Shown piece after piece: positions 59,146 to 64,000 of a DNA stretch of 64,000 nucleotides. The notes beneath the pieces are model-generated. The model made no database searches, had not been told where the DNA came from, and saw only the letters and a program-made list of their open reading frames with translations. Position numbers and translations under genes: made by a program. The stretch comes from Perkinsus chesapeaki ATCC PRA-425. Lineage: Eukaryota > Protista > Perkinsozoa. The stretch spans positions 23,035 through 87,034 of the forward strand of contig JAAPAO010000083.1 in the NCBI GenBank assembly GCA_013115145.1, in the 5' to 3' direction. Each line of letters opens with the position of its first letter. Position 1 is the first letter of the stretch.

Positions 59146-62100
59146 TCACGGAGAGTCGTCACACTCGTCGTTGGCAGCAGTAGCCTTTTGATCAGTCATA
59201 TCCTTCAACACGGTCTCGAACTCATCGATTGTGTCTGCCTCCAGAACTCCATTCGAGTTCGCTGAACTCACAAGTGAGAGGAAATATCTCCAAAGATACT
59301 TACCTATACACCGACTCAGATTTCCCGATGACCGAAGCTTCTTCAGATCCGATAGACACCGTGAAACTGACAGTGTCATCAGGTGGTGATGAGAATACCA
59401 GTCTTACTTTGCCGCCTGCTGCTCGGTCCGTTTGCATCTAGTGTCGTTGAAACCGATAAGAATTGGTCTCCTTCAGAGAGGCCCAGGTGGGCCCGTGGGA
59501 AAGCCTCCGGCAAATGAACCTGTCCAAGATGCCAGATATCGATTAAAATATCCAGTTCGATAGCAAATGCACGAAATTTAATATCTTCCCAAACCACCGA
59601 ATTTAGGATACCACTGACCACTCTTCAAGCTATTCCACTATTTCAACGCAGACGCGCCTCTTCGGAGAGATATTATATTTTTACCAGTCTGGTAATGTAT
59701 ACTGTACATTTTGCCCGAGGAAGTTGTCAATGGTAGATTATCTCTAATCGACCATTGCCAATATCAGTTCCCGGGGCTCAAGCATGAGCCCCACCACCAC
59801 CAAAAAGGATACGGCTGATTTACCGACCACCCCTACAGTCCAAAAAGCCGCTGATACTCTGCATAATAACGACTGATTCAATGGCCCGTCTCATTTTGTG
59901 ATATCCTACCAAGCCAAGTCAATCACTCGTCACTCAGGAGAATGGAGCAACTCTTACTTTTCTCCTCACCTTGTCAATGTGATACTCCCATTGATGATCC
60001 CCGGGTGGAGCTAAGATACCCCAATCCGCCAGATGTGCATTGATGCTCTTATAGCTCCGATGATGACCATTTCCGACTCGATCAGGATACGTCAACGCAT
60101 GTAAGGACAGTGCTATCGGAGAGGTACGCCTGAGAGAGGCATCCAGCAGAGGTGCGGCGGGGAGCCGATAAAATTCTTAGTAGGGAAAAGTTGCCTAGAT
60201 TAAGCCCATGCCACCTGCATGACGTAGGTGACTCATTTTCGAGTGCTCCCACTAACAATTATGACAGTTATATGGGTTTAGGATTGAGCCCAAGAAAATG
60301 CTAACATTTGTTTCGATACATCAATAAGAATTCACGGAGCCAATAATAATATTGCTATTAAGTTACACCAATAACATTGACTTTCGATTAGTGCATTATA
60401 ATCGAGCCAGTTCATAATAAAAACCCACCAGTGCATTGATATTTTACGACACCCTTCTTACGGGTATCAAGGTATGACGACCCCATCCATTTTGACAGAA
60501 TATATCCTACAGAGAAGACCATCACATGTTATCAATAAGACGATACGTTTCCTCCCAATTCTATCTCCGCATTAGGAAAGCTTTTCGATGAAGATATTTG
60601 TGTAACTCTCTAATCCCACCGCTCACTTGTATAGCCGTTCGTTATCGATAATCGACCCGAGGGCCTCCAGCCCACTAGGGATGCATCCAAGCACTTTAAG
60701 TGAAGTGCTGTCACTCGCCACACATTGACAAATGGAATAAGCGAAATTGAGACCTGCAAAGATGATCAAACGAAAAGGCGGTACGAGATCTTACACCACT
60801 CAGCGGCGTCGCTGCCCTGGCCCAAAGTCTCCAAAGGCACGAAAATGACGTCTTTTTTCGGCACCTCATCGCCGAGCCATTCGATCGCCGATACGCAATC
60901 TCCGGTAAAGGACGTCGACACATCAAACAGGCTCTGAGATGCTCATATTAGAGTCACGCGCCACGAAATTACTTGTATGGTATCCAGCCTATCGCAAGAT
61001 TCCAAGAGCCTTCTCAAGGCTGTTTCTGACCAATCCAAATCGTCACGCGCCGCATAATAATAACCATCTCGATTCATACCATAGTCACCCGGAACGAAAT
61101 GCGTGCCTGATGCATATGCTTGCCGATTTCACAATTTAGTTAATCTCGTGAATTTGCATTTCTCGTTCGGCGGGGAGACGCTCGGGAAGTTCTGGTAGTT
61201 TTTCAAATGTTCGAGTAGGCAATAACCTCCTTATTATTATGTAGACTGATGATGCAGTATGACAGCCAGTCAACATAGTACCACAACACATATGAAACCT
61301 ATTAAGCGGGCGATTAGAGGACCAATCAACGCCGTACATGGTAGGTGATCCAGTGGAGTCAACAGCAGCAGCAGCAGCCGGCAGGTATTCAAGCAAAATA
61401 AAACAATTTTATAGAATGACGAGCAATCTGAGCAATCGACATAATTTCAAGATTTGCCCGAAATGATAGTTTCGAGGGAGCTCTCAAGAGAATGGTCCCC
61501 GATTTCCGGCCCCCACGGAAACAATAATCACACTTTCGAGAGGCAAGGAAGGCTAATATCAAATTTGTAAAAGGCTCCCACCATTCCCCCCCCAACCCTC
61601 TTCATTACAACAGTTATCCAAATCAATGTTGATGTAATCTGTCCAGTACATAGTTTTATTAGTATCATCATCTCTCTTATATACGTTTACTCTCTCACCA
61701 CCATAGAGCTGGTTAACCTTTTCAGCTTCATCCTTTGTATCCATTTTACGTGTTCTAACTGAACCTATTATCACAGACGTTATTAAAATGCCTCAACCGG
61801 GGGTCGAACCCCAGACCTCCATTCTCCGCGGCTTTATGACGACTTTCCCAGACACCGAGAATCGATCTCCGAAAGCCAGAATAGAGTCCATAGAAGACTG
61901 ATACACTTTATATTTAATTTCATCATTTCTTCCTCGCCGGCAGCTGGTTAGGAACAATATGAACAACAAACCTTCACATCTACCCTCTGAAACTTTTGTG
62001 GAATGATTGAATGTAGTAATTCCGAAATTTTAATATTCCAAATACTTCAATCGTAATTATAATAATGATCTATTTGATAATTATAATAATACTTGACTAT

Positions 62101-62681
62101 TATTGACTTTATGATAGTTGTGCGTGAAAAAGCTACTGCCAGTTTGCTACAAGAAAAGCGGCACTTTAAACCGACATAAATTCCTGGAAACGATTGTCTC
62201 CTACTAGAGTTAGTTGTTTTCTCAATCTACGTGTGATTCAAGTCCGAGACGGTGTCTACTGAATTCCTATTCATCCTCCAGACTTTGCCTAAATTTCAGA
62301 TTTCTTTCCCGTAACACCATCAACGTGGAGACTATTATTTATTCCAGTTTCATCACTCCTCATTTCGTATCATAACAATGACACTCCCGGCGGTTTTTTT
62401 CGAGCTGATACACGCCAAAGCATTCCTTAAACTTTCATCATTATACCATATCGTTCTCATCACCTCACGACCCCCCCCCCTTTTCCCCTATTACCAACAG
62501 CCTTGTTGAAGTCACACATCAGTGCCCTCGGCTTCTTGCCCCTATAAAGCGGTTTGGTGGCCATCTCATCGGCCTCGCAGGCCTCTTCTATATTCCAATA
62601 GTGACTGCCCACATGGTTGGATGCTCTGCCGAACTGTAATGTTATTATATCATTCGGATGATCTTGATACTCAATTGACAT
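59146..62681 (-). CDS. Misato/Dml1 tubulin-like protein, multi-exon; 3' end uncertain
   Basis: DIITLQFGRASNHVGSHYWNIEE..LYRGKKPRALMCDF, MYWTDYINID, LFDVSTSFTGDCVSAIEWLGDEVP; tentative end ..DTIDEFETVLKDM..DSP*. Confidence 0.7.
61785..61819 (-). pseudogene. tRNA 3'-half fragment with T4 at the 5' end of a probable 52-nt Misato intron (61816-61765)
   Basis: Minus strand gag|gtctggggttcgacccccggttgaggca-tttt...ataatag. Confidence 0.6.
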
Positions 62682-62686
62682 TATAA

Positions 62687-62803
62687 GGTTAAACCTACAC
62701 AGTGCGAAGATATCTTTATGGGGTTGAATCTACACAGTGCGAAGATATCTTTTTGGGGTTGAATCTACACAGTGCGAAGATATCTTTTTGGGGTTGAACC
62801 TAC
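62687..62803. repeat. 35-bp tandem repeat, 3 copies, immediately upstream of the Misato ATG
   Basis: ctacacagtgcgaagatatcttt(a/t)tggggttgaa(t/c) at 62695, 62730, 62765. Confidence 0.95.
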
Positions 62804-62972
62804 CGAAGAACGAGAGCATTCTGAATGGACATTCGATGAACTCGCAACACAATACAAAAACAATGATATAAACTTGTAAAGCAATCATGTACACCCTGGT
62901 TCAATTCCCAGTTATTCCATTTTCAACCCAATATCATTCGTCTTCACATGCAGCAGTAACATAGAAACATTA

Positions 62973-64000
62973 TTATCTACCTCTACGTGCTGCCCTCCCG
63001 CCCTTCCCTCTTCTATAAAACCCCTTGCCCCCACCACCACCACCGCGTCGCGCGCCACGAAATGGTCTTCTCCCTCCTCCCTTCGGTGGCCCTCCTCCTC
63101 CTCTGGGTTGACCCCTCTGAGCTGGTTGCCCTCCTCCGCCTTTCCTATGGCCTGGATTCGCTGCCAAGTAAGCTTGTTGTTGTCGTTCCAAATCTCTTAT
63201 TTCCCTATCGATCGGTTGCGGCCCATCACTTATCATTATAAATATCTCCTTCATAGTTGACAAGCACGCTTCAACCATAGATTCCTTTGTTTTCATTCCT
63301 CTTGCCACCAAATCCATATCAGCTTCCATTTGTGCTCGCAAACGTGGTGCTGCCAAATGCAGCCTAAAATCGCCATCTAAAAAACAGCTTCGCTCCGCCT
63401 TTTTGCACTCTATTGCAAAGCCCAACGTATGGTCTATGGTAAGAAATCACAAAGTTGGTAAATTTCATCGAAATGCATCCGAATCCATCCGGACTATAAT
63501 CAAACACGTTGAAACATCATAGTAATCCCTTCAATGAAGCTTCAAACGAAAGACACAAGATATTAACTTAATATCGTTGACGGGAAACCAACATCACAAC
63601 ACTCATCGGAAATAAACGTTACTTCCAAATCCCGACAGATCGAAGTATTTAATTTCATACGGAAAAAATTCAAGTATGCTCCTTTGAATAGTTGTTATAG
63701 AGTAGTTTCAAGGTTTCTTCTCAACATATAAAAATACCTTCAATGCTTACCTCGACCATGTAGGTTCTGGAATGCCCCAAATCCCTTCACCAGGGCCACC
63801 CCAAGCTCAGATGGGCTGAACCGGCCGTTAGGTGTTCGGTGGGCGTAGCCGCGATTCTCTATGGTAGCGATGTGCTCATGCATTGTAGCATCAGTACCTT
63901 GAAAAATATCATTTGACCAGGAGTATCTTGTAGATGCATGACGTTTGTATATCTGTGATACTTCGCTTCGCTCATGCGAGCGCGGTTTCATTTCCGTTTC
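62973..64000 (-). CDS. TOP3: DNA topoisomerase III, 3' part (5' truncated by window)
   Basis: GTDATMHEHIATIENRGYA..RFSPSELGVALVKGF, PRLRAQMEADMDLVARGMKTKE; Gly/Arg-rich tail. Confidence 0.88.

Noticed and set aside
28665-61819. Intact, split or permuted tRNA genes at the B-box hits
   Set aside because: No matching 5' halves (acceptor 5' strand, D arm) were found upstream or downstream by eye, so these are reported only as 3' fragments.
2189-62803. CRISPR arrays at the 22-, 18-, 32- and 35-bp repeats
   Set aside because: The units are head-to-tail with no unique spacers, no cas genes are present, and the context is eukaryotic.
825-64000. Stop-codon reassignment or non-standard genetic code
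   Set aside because: All well-supported genes translate cleanly with the standard code once introns are removed.

Overview
Intron-rich eukaryotic DNA with many ~45-60 bp GT-AG introns, most likely from a Perkinsus-like alveolate. That assignment is an inference from gene and intron style plus a relict dinoflagellate/Perkinsus-type spliced-leader fragment. Recognisable genes are DNAJC2/zuotin, ATP23, CCDC96, ETF-QO, a helical-repeat/RluA pseudouridine synthase fusion, YJU2, a secreted histidine acid phosphatase, a SMYD-type SET protein, cyclin H-like, Misato-like and the 3' end of topoisomerase III. There are also two decayed Ty3/Gypsy pol relics, several minisatellites and one 96-N gap. Three signals stand out. 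(1) Non-coding DNA carries at least ten exact copies of a 22-bp scar T[1-7]+revcomp(T[1-8])+T[2-8]. A local duplication shows two of them as reciprocal filled/empty (+14 bp) sites, the geometry expected from hairpin-mediated excision of an 8-bp-TSD (hAT-like) transposon. (2) Four sense-oriented tRNA 3'-half fragments sit at the 5' end of spliceosomal introns, and one 48-nt YJU2 intron is almost entirely a tRNA 3' half. (3) Two paralogous five-exon genes encode signal-peptide-bearing GNAT acetyltransferases, one of them frameshifted, near a small knottin-like secreted peptide. All gene models and scans were done by eye and are not exhaustive.
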